From the NCBI GenBank assembly GCA_038248345.1, contig JBBRXO010000014.1, positions 1 through 38,967 of the forward strand: a stretch of 38,967 bases of DNA, in the 5' to 3' direction. This document shows positions 24,668 to 33,585 of the stretch, piece after piece. The translations under genes and the position numbers were made by a program. Within the stretch, counting starts at the first letter, position 1; each line of letters starts with the position of its first letter. Source of the DNA: Armatimonadota bacterium. GTDB taxonomy: Bacteria; Armatimonadota; Hebobacteria; CAIYQO01. The notes beneath the pieces were generated by a model that saw only the letters and a list, made by a program, of their open reading frames with translations, searched no databases and was not told where the DNA came from.

Positions 24668-27600
24668 ATGTTAGCACTCTTTTCCGGGTTACCAGTAGCA
24701 GGCTTTACCGAAAAAAAACCTATGCCGATGCGTGATGTGTATCAGGACACCGCACAGCTGGAGGAGTTCGCGCGCGCACTGGCGGGGGAGCATGTCGTCT
24801 CAACCCGTATGCGCCGTTCGCGCAATTTGCTCAACAGTTTAGCAGATGATTATCGGGCGTTGAATATGGCGCAACGCTCAATAGTTGAGTGGGTGCGCTG
24901 CAGCGTTCCCCTTACCCGTTCGGTAGAATGGCTCCTCGATAACGCCCATATCATCAATGCGCAGGTGCGGGAGATCCGCCGTAACTTGCCGTCCAGTTAT
25001 TACAATGAATTGCCCAAACTGGTTGCGCAGCCGTTCCAGGCCTTTCCGCGTGTCTATGGTATGGCGGTGGAGCTGATAGCGCACTCCAACAGCCGTCTGG
25101 ATGAGGAACGGATAGCTATCTTTGTACGTGGATATCAGACCGATATTACGCTAACGAGTGGGGAACTCTGGGCGTTGCCCATCATGTTGCAGATTGCGCT
25201 GGTGCAAAATTTACAGCGGCTCACGTCGCAGATTGTCGACGCCCAGCAGCGGCGTTCCCTGGCGGATCGCTGGGTGGATAATGTTTTCGCCCTGGCGCGC
25301 AAAAATCCCCGTCGCTTAGAGCAGATTCTCACCCAGCAAGATAACCTGCCCGAAAGATTGGATACCGTGCTGGCAGTGCAACTGTTGCAGCGCTTCTTCG
25401 ATCAGGGTACCTCTACAACGGCGCTCCTGCGCTGGTTAGAAGCACGGTTGGCACGGCAGGGGATGACCTTCGATGATGCTACCCATACCACCCATGCTGA
25501 TGAGGCGGCTAACCTGGAATCCGTCGGCAATTGCATCACCAGCCTGCGCTTTGTCGCCAGCTATGATTGGGCGCTTTTCTTCGAGAGCGTCAGCCGCCTG
25601 GAAGCCAAGCTGTGTGAAGACCCTTCAGGTATTTATCCGCTGATGGACTTCCCCACGCGCGATAGTTACCGGCACGTCATCGAGGCTATCGCCAAGGATA
25701 CCGAGAAGAGCGAGATTGAGGTGGCCACTAGCTGTCTGGAGCTTGCCACGGAAGCTAATACCCGCGAAGAGGAGCCCGCCAAGCGCCGCCATATTGGCTA
25801 TTACCTGCTGGATAAAGGGAAAGATGCACTCTGGATGCGTTGCTGCGGGCGCCGATGCAAGATGCTGCGACGTATCGGCAACGCGCTGGCGCCGCATTGT
25901 CAGCCGCTCTATCCGCTGGCCATTATTGCAGTCACCGTACTCATCGTAGCCACCATGCTGCACTTGGTGCAACCGCTCTCTGGTGCCATGTGGTGGCTGG
26001 CGCTCTTGTTGTTGGTCATACCCTCCAGTGATCTGGCGATGCACCTCATCAGTTGGGTAGTAATGAATCTCTTCCCGCCCAAACTACTGCCCAAGCTGGC
26101 GTTGAAAGAGGGGATTCCCCCCGAATTCCGTACGGTATCGGTGATTCATACCATGCTCACCAGTAACAAAAGGACGCAGGAGCTGGTGGAGCAGATGGAA
26201 GTCTACTACCTGGCCAACCAGGAAAACTGCCTGCATTTCGCCATCCTCTGTGATTTCCCGGACGCCGCAGAACAGATGTTGCCCGATGAACATAAGCTGT
26301 TAGATTTCGCGCGAGATATCATCCAGACTTTGAATGATAAATATCCAGCAGAGGAGACCGTCTTCTACCTGTTTTATCGTCAGCGGCAGTGGAATCCAGT
26401 GGAAGGGAAGTGGATGGGCTGGGAGCGCAAACGCGGTAAACTGGAAGAGTTCAACCGGCTGTTGCGCGGCGATACCGAGACGAGTTTCGTCACCCTGGAT
26501 GGGGATTTGTCGGTATTGCAGCAAGTACGCTACATCATCACGCTGGACGAGGACACCCAATTACCACGCGATGCCGCCAAGCGGCTGGTGGGAACGCTGG
26601 CGCACCCCCTTAATCATGCTATTCTCAATGCTGCCGGTACACGGGTTATCGAAGGCTACGGGGTGTTGCAGCCGCGCGTCTCCATCGCCATTACCAGCGC
26701 GCGCCGCTCGCTCTTTGCCTCGATATATGCCGGGCAGACCGGCATCGACCCCTACCCCACCGCTGTTTCTGATACCTACCAGGATCTATTCGGTGAAGGT
26801 ATCTACATGGGCAAGGGAATCTATGAGCTGGATACCTTCATGACTGTGCTGGACGGCACTTTCCCGGAGAACTCCGTGCTCAGTCACGACCTGCTGGAAG
26901 GTTCACATATCCGCGCTGGTATGGTCACGGATGTTGAAATGGTGGACAGCTTCCCGGCGCATTACCTGGCCGCCGCCGCCCGCATGCACCGCTGGATACG
27001 CGGCGACTGGCAGCTGATCCCCTGGCTGTTCCGTATGCCGCTAAATGCGGCGGGAGAACGGGTGCGCAACCCGCTCACGCTCATCTCACGTTGGAAGATC
27101 ATAGATAATTTACGCCGCAGTCTGGTTCCCCCCGCCGTATTTACTTTACTGGTCGCCGGGATGACTATCCTTCCCGGTGAATGGCGCTGGCTGTGTTTCA
27201 CCTTGCTGGTGCTGGCCACCCCGATCATTTTGTATGTCACCGATGACTTGCGCACCAATTGGGCTCTCTGTTTAACGGGGGCTTTTCGGTGGCTCTTTCC
27301 GCATTTGAAGATGATGAACCATCAGTTGCTGCTCTCGATTATCCTGTTGCCACATCAGGCTTACGTCATGAGCGATGCGATTGTACGGACAATTTACCGA
27401 TTGCTCTTCACCCGTAGTCTGCTGCTGGATTGGGAGACGGCGGCCAGTGCCGAGAGCCGTATGCGGGTGGATGCCCGCGGATATCACCGGGCCATGTGGC
27501 CCGCCCTGGCATTAGCGTTGGGGGCGATAGCCGGGATACTCCTGGCCGCGCCGGGAACTGTATGGTGGCTTTCCCCCATACTCATGCTCTGGTTGCTCTC

Positions 27601-30600
27601 CCCGTATGTCGCCTGGATGGTGAGCCAAAAAAGCACAACTCGCCCCCTCGCCCTCAGTGCGGGTGATAAAATAGAACTGCTCAAGTTGGCGCAAAACACG
27701 TGGAGCTACTTTGCTGACAATGTGGGCATTGACGACCATTTTCTACCACCGGACAACTATCAGGAACAGACGGACGTTACTTCCACTACTTCAACGACGG
27801 CAGATCCCCTAGCGCATCGAACTTCGCCGACAAATATCGGCATGTACCTGCTTTCGGCGCTGGCCGCCTGCGACCTGAAATTCATCACCCCGGCTGATTT
27901 TCTTAACCGGGTGAGCAATACAGTGGAGACGCTGGAGGGCTTGCCGCGCTATTACGGGCACTGGTACAACTGGTACAACACGCAGACGAAAGAGTTGCTC
28001 TCTCCGCGTTACATATCCACGGTAGATAGCGGTAATCTGGCCGGGTGTTTCATTGTCCTCAAGCAGGGGATCGACGAATTTCTGCATTTGCCGGATGCCA
28101 CGCTAGCGCTCGCCTTTGCGGTGGCCCCCGATAGCGCAGATCTTCCGCAGCATCTCGCAGAGATAAAAGATGAGTGTCGCAGCTTGATGTCCCGGCTGAC
28201 AGTGCTGGTGATGGAGATGGACTACAAGCTGCTCTTTGATGCCAAACGGCAACTTTTTCATATCGGATTTCAAGTAGAAACGGCGACTTTAGATGACGCA
28301 TACTACGATTTGCTGGCCTCCGAAGCGCGGATAGCGAGTTTTCTGGCCATAGCCAAAGGGGATATTGAGGAGAAACACTGGTTCCGGCTGGGGCGGCAGT
28401 TGACGCAGAGTGGAGACATGCGTGCGCTTCTCTCCTGGAGCGGCACCATGTTTGAGTACCTGATGCCGCTACTAGTGATGCGGAATTACCCCGGGACATT
28501 ATTGGACGAAACCTATATGGGTGTGGTGAAACGCCAGCAGGATTATGGCGCGGAGACCGGCCTCCCCTGGGGGGTATCGGAATCCGGCTTTAATGCACGT
28601 GACCAGCAATTCAATTACCAGTATCTGGCATTTGGCACCCCCGGACTGGGGCTGAAGCGTGGTCTGGCGGCCGACCGTGTGGTGGCTCCTTATGCTACAG
28701 TGCTGGCGTTGATGGTCGACCCGGCAGGCGCGATGCGCAATATTACCCTGTTGAAAAGCAAGGGGATGGAGAACAAATACGGGATGTACGAGGCGTTGGA
28801 CTACACCACTGAACGTGTTCCGCGTGGGGAGAAGTTCGCCATCGTGCGTAGTGTCATGGCACATCACCAGGGGATGTCGCTGCTGTCCATCGATAATGTT
28901 TTACAGAATAATATCATGCAGGAACGTTTCCATGCTGAACCGATGGTACGTGCCACGGAGCTATTACTGCAAGAACGTCTGCCCCGGCACGCCTCGCTGG
29001 TAGAAAATGCCAAGGCGGATGATGTAGCATGTCGCATCGTCACCCCCATTGAGGTGCCGATTGTGCGGCAATTCACCACCGGTGATACGCCAGAACCGGA
29101 GGGGCAACTGCTCTCGAACGGGCATTACTCCGTGCTGCTCACGGCAGCGGGCGGCGGCTTCAGCAGTTGCGATGGCATGGCAGTAACCCGCTGGCGCTCC
29201 GACCCCACCAGCGACATGTGGGGATCATTTTGCTATATCCGCGATATTGAAAATGATCTGCTCTGGTCCACTACCAGTCATCCACTTGACGAAAATAAAA
29301 CCAAGCGCGTTTCGCAACCGGAAGAATATACCGTCACTTTCGCCAATGATCATGTGGAATATAGCCGGCATGATGGAGATTTTACCACTCGCATGGAGGT
29401 CACTGTCTCCCCGGAGCATAATGTAGAAGTGCGGCGAATTTCTATCACCAATAACGGGCGTAAGCTTCATCGGCTTGAGCTAACCAGTTACAACGAGATT
29501 GCGTTGGCGCCGTTAGCGGCGGATCTCGCCCACCCCGCCTTTAGTAAACTCTTCGTAAGTACTGAGCATGTGGAGCGGAAAGATGCACTTCTTTGCACGC
29601 GTCGTCCGCGTACCCCGCAGGAAAAAACGCCTGTGCTTTTCCATGTATTGGCCTTTGAAGGTAATGCCAGCGGGCATATCCGCTATGAGACCGACCGCAG
29701 TAAATTCCTCGGGCGCACGCGTGATGTCACAAATCCGGTGGCACTGGATCCACATCATCGCTTGACCAATAGTTTGGGTTCGGTGTTGGATCCGGTTCTC
29801 TCGCTTCGACGGCGTGTTCACATCAATCCGGGTGAGACGATACGTATATATATATCCATGGGGGTTGCCACCGACCGTGCGGATGCGCTGTCTCTGGTAG
29901 AGCAATATCACCAGACCGAGATCGCTGACCGTGCCTTCGTCCGTGCCTGGACTCATAGCCAGATTGAGTTGCGTTACCTGCAGATGAGCGCCGAAAAGGC
30001 CCATCTGGCGCAACGAATCGCGTGCCGGCTACTATACCCCCACCCGCAACGTCGGATGCTTTCGGAAAGTATTACCCGTAATAAACGCGGACAAGCTAGT
30101 TTGTGGCCGATGGGTATCTCTGGCGATCTCCCGATTCTGCTGGTGAGTGTTAATCGTGAGGAAGAAACCGATATTGTGCGCGAGGCATTGCAGATACATT
30201 CCTATCTGCGTTACAAAGGGTTGGCCAGTGATCTGGTAATTGTTAATGAGCAAAGGGGTGGCTATCTGCAACCGTTGCGCGATCGACTTCGTTCCTTATT
30301 GAACGATAGTCAGGATCGCAATATGGAAAATCGCCCCGGCGGTGTCTTTATGATTCAGCACGATATTGTCGGGGAAGAAGAGTTCCTCATTTTATCGGTC
30401 GCCGCACGGGTAACATTGAAGGGCAGCACGGGGACACTGAAGGCGCAGATGGATGCGAAATTGTTGGAGCTCCCGTTGCCACGGCGCTTCCGCCAGTGGG
30501 GATTTGACCGTAAATATCCAGATGAAGCGTTACCCTACGAACAGCTAATCTTTGAGAATGGTCTGGGGGGGTTCACTGCTGACGGCCGCGAATATATTAT

Positions 30601-32956
30601 AAATTTGACGGCGGGTGTGGTCACCCCCGCGCCGTGGGTAAATGTACTGGCAAATCCAGATTTTGGTTGTATTATCTCCGAATCAGGGGCGGGGTATACC
30701 TGGGCGGATAATTGCCACGAACACCGGATTACCCCCTGGTCAAATGACCCCGTCTGCGATTCACCCGGCGAAGTGGTATATATTCGCGACGAGGATAGCG
30801 GTTGCATCTGGACGACTACCCCGGCTCCTATCCGCGAAGCGCAACCATACCGGATACGCCATGGGCAGGGATACACCACCTTTGAGCACCACAGCCATGG
30901 ATGTCGGCAACTGCTAACAGTTTTTGTCCCAACTGATGGCCGTGCCAAAATATACCGGTTGCAAATACGTAACGACTCCGGACGCAAGCGAAACCTCTCC
31001 GTTACCGGGTATGTCGAGTGGGTACTGGGCACTGATCGTCAGTTCACTCGCCCATTTGTGGTCACCGATGTCGATACAGAGACCGGCATCCAAACGGCGC
31101 GTAATGCGTACCAGAATGAGGGTTTTGCGTCGCGCGTCGCTTTCCTGGATATAGTTGGGGTGGCCACGCGTACCTATACCGGCGACCGTACTGAATTTAT
31201 CGGCAGGAATGGGCAACTTCGCGCCCCCTTAGGCCTTACGCGATTTGAGTTGGGCGGGCGGGTAGGAGCCGGGTACGATCCTTGTGCGGCCGCACAGGTG
31301 AAGTTCACCTTGAACCCCGATGAGGAAAAAGAGATAGACATTGTTATCGGCGAGGCAGATGATTTGCCCGGCGCTCGCCAACTCGCCAGCCGTTTCCGTA
31401 TCCCGGGCGCAGTGGCGGAGGCGCAAGGGCAAGTGCGGCAGTATTGGGATGACAAACTCAATACCGTGCAGATAACCACGCCGGATCCCGCGCTGGATAT
31501 ACTCATTAATCGGTGGCTGCTTTACCAGACGGTAAGCAGCCGCCTGTGGGCGCGCTCCGGGTTTTACCAGTCCGGGGGGGCCTACGGTTTCCGTGATCAA
31601 TTGCAGGATGTGATGTCGCTGGTGTATACCGACCCCGGACAAACCCGTACGCAACTGTTGCGGGCGGCGGCCCGGCAATTTCTGGAGGGCGATGTGCAAC
31701 ACTGGTGGCACCTGCCCGCGGGGGCGGGGGTACGCACTCGGTGTTCCGATGACTATCTCTGGTTGCCGTATGTCACCGCAGACTACGTGGCGACCACGGC
31801 GGACATCGGTGTGCTTGATGAGCAGATAAACTACCTGGATGACAAAGTGCTGGAAGCGCAGGAAGAAGATCGCTATAACATTCCATCGGAATCCGCTATA
31901 CAGGAGTCGCTTTATCAGCATTGTCTGCGCGCCCTTGACCGGGGGATAAAGCTCGTGGGCGCACACGGCCTGCCGCTCATTGGCTCGGGTGATTGGAATG
32001 ATGGTATGAACCTGGTAGGTAATGATGGTAAAGGAGAGAGCATCTGGCTCGGGTGGTTCCTCACCACCACCCTGATGCGTTTCGCCGATATCTGTACGCG
32101 CCATGGCGACTCGGTAAAGGCGGATGGCTATCGCCGAGAGGCAGCTAAAATAACCACAGCGATAGAGAAACATGGCTGGGATGGCGAGTGGTATCGCCGT
32201 GCCTATACGGATGAAGGTATCGCTTTAGGTTCGGCGCAGAACACGGAATGCCGCATCGACTCCATCGCGCAATCATGGGCCGTTATCAGCGGCGGAGCGC
32301 AGCCTGATCGGGCAAAAATGGCGATGGATTCCCTGGCCAAATATCTTTTGCGTTCCGAGGAGAAACTGACCCTGCTGCTCACGCCGCCCTTCGATAAATC
32401 TACCTTGGAGCCCGGCTATATTAAGGGATATCCGGTAGGAGTGCGGGAAAATGGCGGCCAGTACACACATGCTGCCATGTGGGTGGCGCTGGCGGCATCA
32501 CGCCAGGGTAACGGCAGCCTGGCGGCCAAGTTATTGGCATGGTTGAATCCAATCTATCACTCATCCAATGCGGCGGATGTGGAGAAATACAAAGTAGAAC
32601 CTTACGTCATTGCGGCGGATATCTACGGCGTCGCACCCCACCTGGGGCGCGGCGGGTGGACCTGGTATACTGGGTCATCTGCCTGGATGTACCGGGTAGC
32701 GGTGGAGTCAATGTTGGGGCTGCATATGGTGGACGGCGAACTGGTGATAAACCCTTGCATCCCCGCAGAATGGCCGGAATGTACTATCACTTACCAATAT
32801 TTCAGTACCAAATATATCATCCAGGTGGATAACCCGTTTAATGTCAATTGTGGGGCAATGAAGATCACCCTCAATGATGAACCACTCCCCGGTGGTCGCC
32901 TCACCCGGGTAGATGATGGACGGGTGCATTATATTCGGGTGTTGCTGGGGTATTAA
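24668..32956 (+). CDS. cgs: Cyclic beta-1,2-glucan synthase (Cgs/NdvB/ChvB): GT84, cyclisation domain and GH94 phosphorylase
   Basis: EWLLDN, WMGWERKRGKLEE, ITLDEDT, SHDLLEG, R.HRWIRGDWQ and TM helices. Then LPPDNYQE, RTSPTNIG, STVDSGNL, YDLLASEAR, SWSGTMFEYLMP and PWGVSES. Two GH94-N repeats, then YQSGGAYGFRDQLQD, GDWNDGMN and RENGGQYTH. Start uncertain (24668/24722/24728). Confidence 0.95.
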   Translation: MLALFSGLPVAGFTEKKPMPMRDVYQDTAQLEEFARALAGEHVVSTRMRRSRNLLNSLADDYRALNMAQRSIVEWVRCSVPLTRSVEWLLDNAHIINAQVREIRRNLPSSYYNELPKLVAQPFQAFPRVYGMAVELIAHSNSRLDEERIAIFVRGYQTDITLTSGELWALPIMLQIALVQNLQRLTSQIVDAQQRRSLADRWVDNVFALARKNPRRLEQILTQQDNLPERLDTVLAVQLLQRFFDQGTSTTALLRWLEARLARQGMTFDDATHTTHADEAANLESVGNCITSLRFVASYDWALFFESVSRLEAKLCEDPSGIYPLMDFPTRDSYRHVIEAIAKDTEKSEIEVATSCLELATEANTREEEPAKRRHIGYYLLDKGKDALWMRCCGRRCKMLRRIGNALAPHCQPLYPLAIIAVTVLIVATMLHLVQPLSGAMWWLALLLLVIPSSDLAMHLISWVVMNLFPPKLLPKLALKEGIPPEFRTVSVIHTMLTSNKRTQELVEQMEVYYLANQENCLHFAILCDFPDAAEQMLPDEHKLLDFARDIIQTLNDKYPAEETVFYLFYRQRQWNPVEGKWMGWERKRGKLEEFNRLLRGDTETSFVTLDGDLSVLQQVRYIITLDEDTQLPRDAAKRLVGTLAHPLNHAILNAAGTRVIEGYGVLQPRVSIAITSARRSLFASIYAGQTGIDPYPTAVSDTYQDLFGEGIYMGKGIYELDTFMTVLDGTFPENSVLSHDLLEGSHIRAGMVTDVEMVDSFPAHYLAAAARMHRWIRGDWQLIPWLFRMPLNAAGERVRNPLTLISRWKIIDNLRRSLVPPAVFTLLVAGMTILPGEWRWLCFTLLVLATPIILYVTDDLRTNWALCLTGAFRWLFPHLKMMNHQLLLSIILLPHQAYVMSDAIVRTIYRLLFTRSLLLDWETAASAESRMRVDARGYHRAMWPALALALGAIAGILLAAPGTVWWLSPILMLWLLSPYVAWMVSQKSTTRPLALSAGDKIELLKLAQNTWSYFADNVGIDDHFLPPDNYQEQTDVTSTTSTTADPLAHRTSPTNIGMYLLSALAACDLKFITPADFLNRVSNTVETLEGLPRYYGHWYNWYNTQTKELLSPRYISTVDSGNLAGCFIVLKQGIDEFLHLPDATLALAFAVAPDSADLPQHLAEIKDECRSLMSRLTVLVMEMDYKLLFDAKRQLFHIGFQVETATLDDAYYDLLASEARIASFLAIAKGDIEEKHWFRLGRQLTQSGDMRALLSWSGTMFEYLMPLLVMRNYPGTLLDETYMGVVKRQQDYGAETGLPWGVSESGFNARDQQFNYQYLAFGTPGLGLKRGLAADRVVAPYATVLALMVDPAGAMRNITLLKSKGMENKYGMYEALDYTTERVPRGEKFAIVRSVMAHHQGMSLLSIDNVLQNNIMQERFHAEPMVRATELLLQERLPRHASLVENAKADDVACRIVTPIEVPIVRQFTTGDTPEPEGQLLSNGHYSVLLTAAGGGFSSCDGMAVTRWRSDPTSDMWGSFCYIRDIENDLLWSTTSHPLDENKTKRVSQPEEYTVTFANDHVEYSRHDGDFTTRMEVTVSPEHNVEVRRISITNNGRKLHRLELTSYNEIALAPLAADLAHPAFSKLFVSTEHVERKDALLCTRRPRTPQEKTPVLFHVLAFEGNASGHIRYETDRSKFLGRTRDVTNPVALDPHHRLTNSLGSVLDPVLSLRRRVHINPGETIRIYISMGVATDRADALSLVEQYHQTEIADRAFVRAWTHSQIELRYLQMSAEKAHLAQRIACRLLYPHPQRRMLSESITRNKRGQASLWPMGISGDLPILLVSVNREEETDIVREALQIHSYLRYKGLASDLVIVNEQRGGYLQPLRDRLRSLLNDSQDRNMENRPGGVFMIQHDIVGEEEFLILSVAARVTLKGSTGTLKAQMDAKLLELPLPRRFRQWGFDRKYPDEALPYEQLIFENGLGGFTADGREYIINLTAGVVTPAPWVNVLANPDFGCIISESGAGYTWADNCHEHRITPWSNDPVCDSPGEVVYIRDEDSGCIWTTTPAPIREAQPYRIRHGQGYTTFEHHSHGCRQLLTVFVPTDGRAKIYRLQIRNDSGRKRNLSVTGYVEWVLGTDRQFTRPFVVTDVDTETGIQTARNAYQNEGFASRVAFLDIVGVATRTYTGDRTEFIGRNGQLRAPLGLTRFELGGRVGAGYDPCAAAQVKFTLNPDEEKEIDIVIGEADDLPGARQLASRFRIPGAVAEAQGQVRQYWDDKLNTVQITTPDPALDILINRWLLYQTVSSRLWARSGFYQSGGAYGFRDQLQDVMSLVYTDPGQTRTQLLRAAARQFLEGDVQHWWHLPAGAGVRTRCSDDYLWLPYVTADYVATTADIGVLDEQINYLDDKVLEAQEEDRYNIPSESAIQESLYQHCLRALDRGIKLVGAHGLPLIGSGDWNDGMNLVGNDGKGESIWLGWFLTTTLMRFADICTRHGDSVKADGYRREAAKITTAIEKHGWDGEWYRRAYTDEGIALGSAQNTECRIDSIAQSWAVISGGAQPDRAKMAMDSLAKYLLRSEEKLTLLLTPPFDKSTLEPGYIKGYPVGVRENGGQYTHAAMWVALAASRQGNGSLAAKLLAWLNPIYHSSNAADVEKYKVEPYVIAADIYGVAPHLGRGGWTWYTGSSAWMYRVAVESMLGLHMVDGELVINPCIPAEWPECTITYQYFSTKYIIQVDNPFNVNCGAMKITLNDEPLPGGRLTRVDDGRVHYIRVLLGY

Positions 32957-32961
32957 TACAC

Positions 32962-33004
32962 AAAAAACGGGCCGTTGAGTATAACTCAATGGCCCGTTTC
33001 TTTG
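32962..33004. terminator. Bidirectional rho-independent terminator
   Basis: AAAAAACGGGCCGTTGAGT-ATA-ACTCAATGGCCCGTTTCTTT between the convergent cgs and HEAT-repeat genes. Confidence 0.88.
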
Positions 33005-33015
33005 TTAATATCAAA

Positions 33016-33582
33016 CTACGGCGTGTAGCCGGGCAAGCCTTTTTTCGCTTCCGTTTTGGTACACCATTCCTCATCTTTAGCAGCCAGCTCCAGGATAGGC
33101 AAGCTTTCCGGGATGGCTAGCTGGGCGAGGGCTTTGCACGCGGCGGCGCGTATGCCATAGTCGTAGCTCTGCTCAAGCGCAAAACGATGCAGGTATCCTA
33201 ACGCGGCCGCATCAGCCTGGCCGATATTGCCGATGGCCAGGCAGGCGGCTTGCAGTACGCGCCCGCGGCGTCGCCAAATCTCTTTCAGTTCATCCGTCGT
33301 GCCTTCCGGGAACTCCAGTGTCAAACTCTCGGTGGAGCCAGCGTGTATCCCCCCGTGAAGTTCTGGTTGGCTGAAGAGAGGCTCTTTGCTCTCCGATTCA
33401 AAAAGTTCCACCAAGGCAGGCATTGCTTGCGGGTCGCGTCGATCTCCCAAGGCAATAGCTGCAGCATAGCGTACTCGCCAGTTATCATCGCGCAAAAAAG
33501 CGATAATGTTTGCCAGTGTAACGCTGTCGTTACTGGCGGCGTGGGCGGCACAATATTCCATTTTCTCAAAGACTGTGTTCAT
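33016..33582 (-). CDS. HEAT/PBS-lyase-like repeat protein
   Basis: LRDDNWRVRYAAAIALG.RRD..A.PAL, AACLAIGNIG and IRAAACKALAQL...ESLPILE. Starts 3 nt after the upstream stop. Confidence 0.85.
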   Translation of the reverse strand: MNTVFEKMEYCAAHAASNDSVTLANIIAFLRDDNWRVRYAAAIALGDRRDPQAMPALVELFESESKEPLFSQPELHGGIHAGSTESLTLEFPEGTTDELKEIWRRRGRVLQAACLAIGNIGQADAAALGYLHRFALEQSYDYGIRAAACKALAQLAIPESLPILELAAKDEEWCTKTEAKKGLPGYTP

Positions 33583-33585
33583 CAG

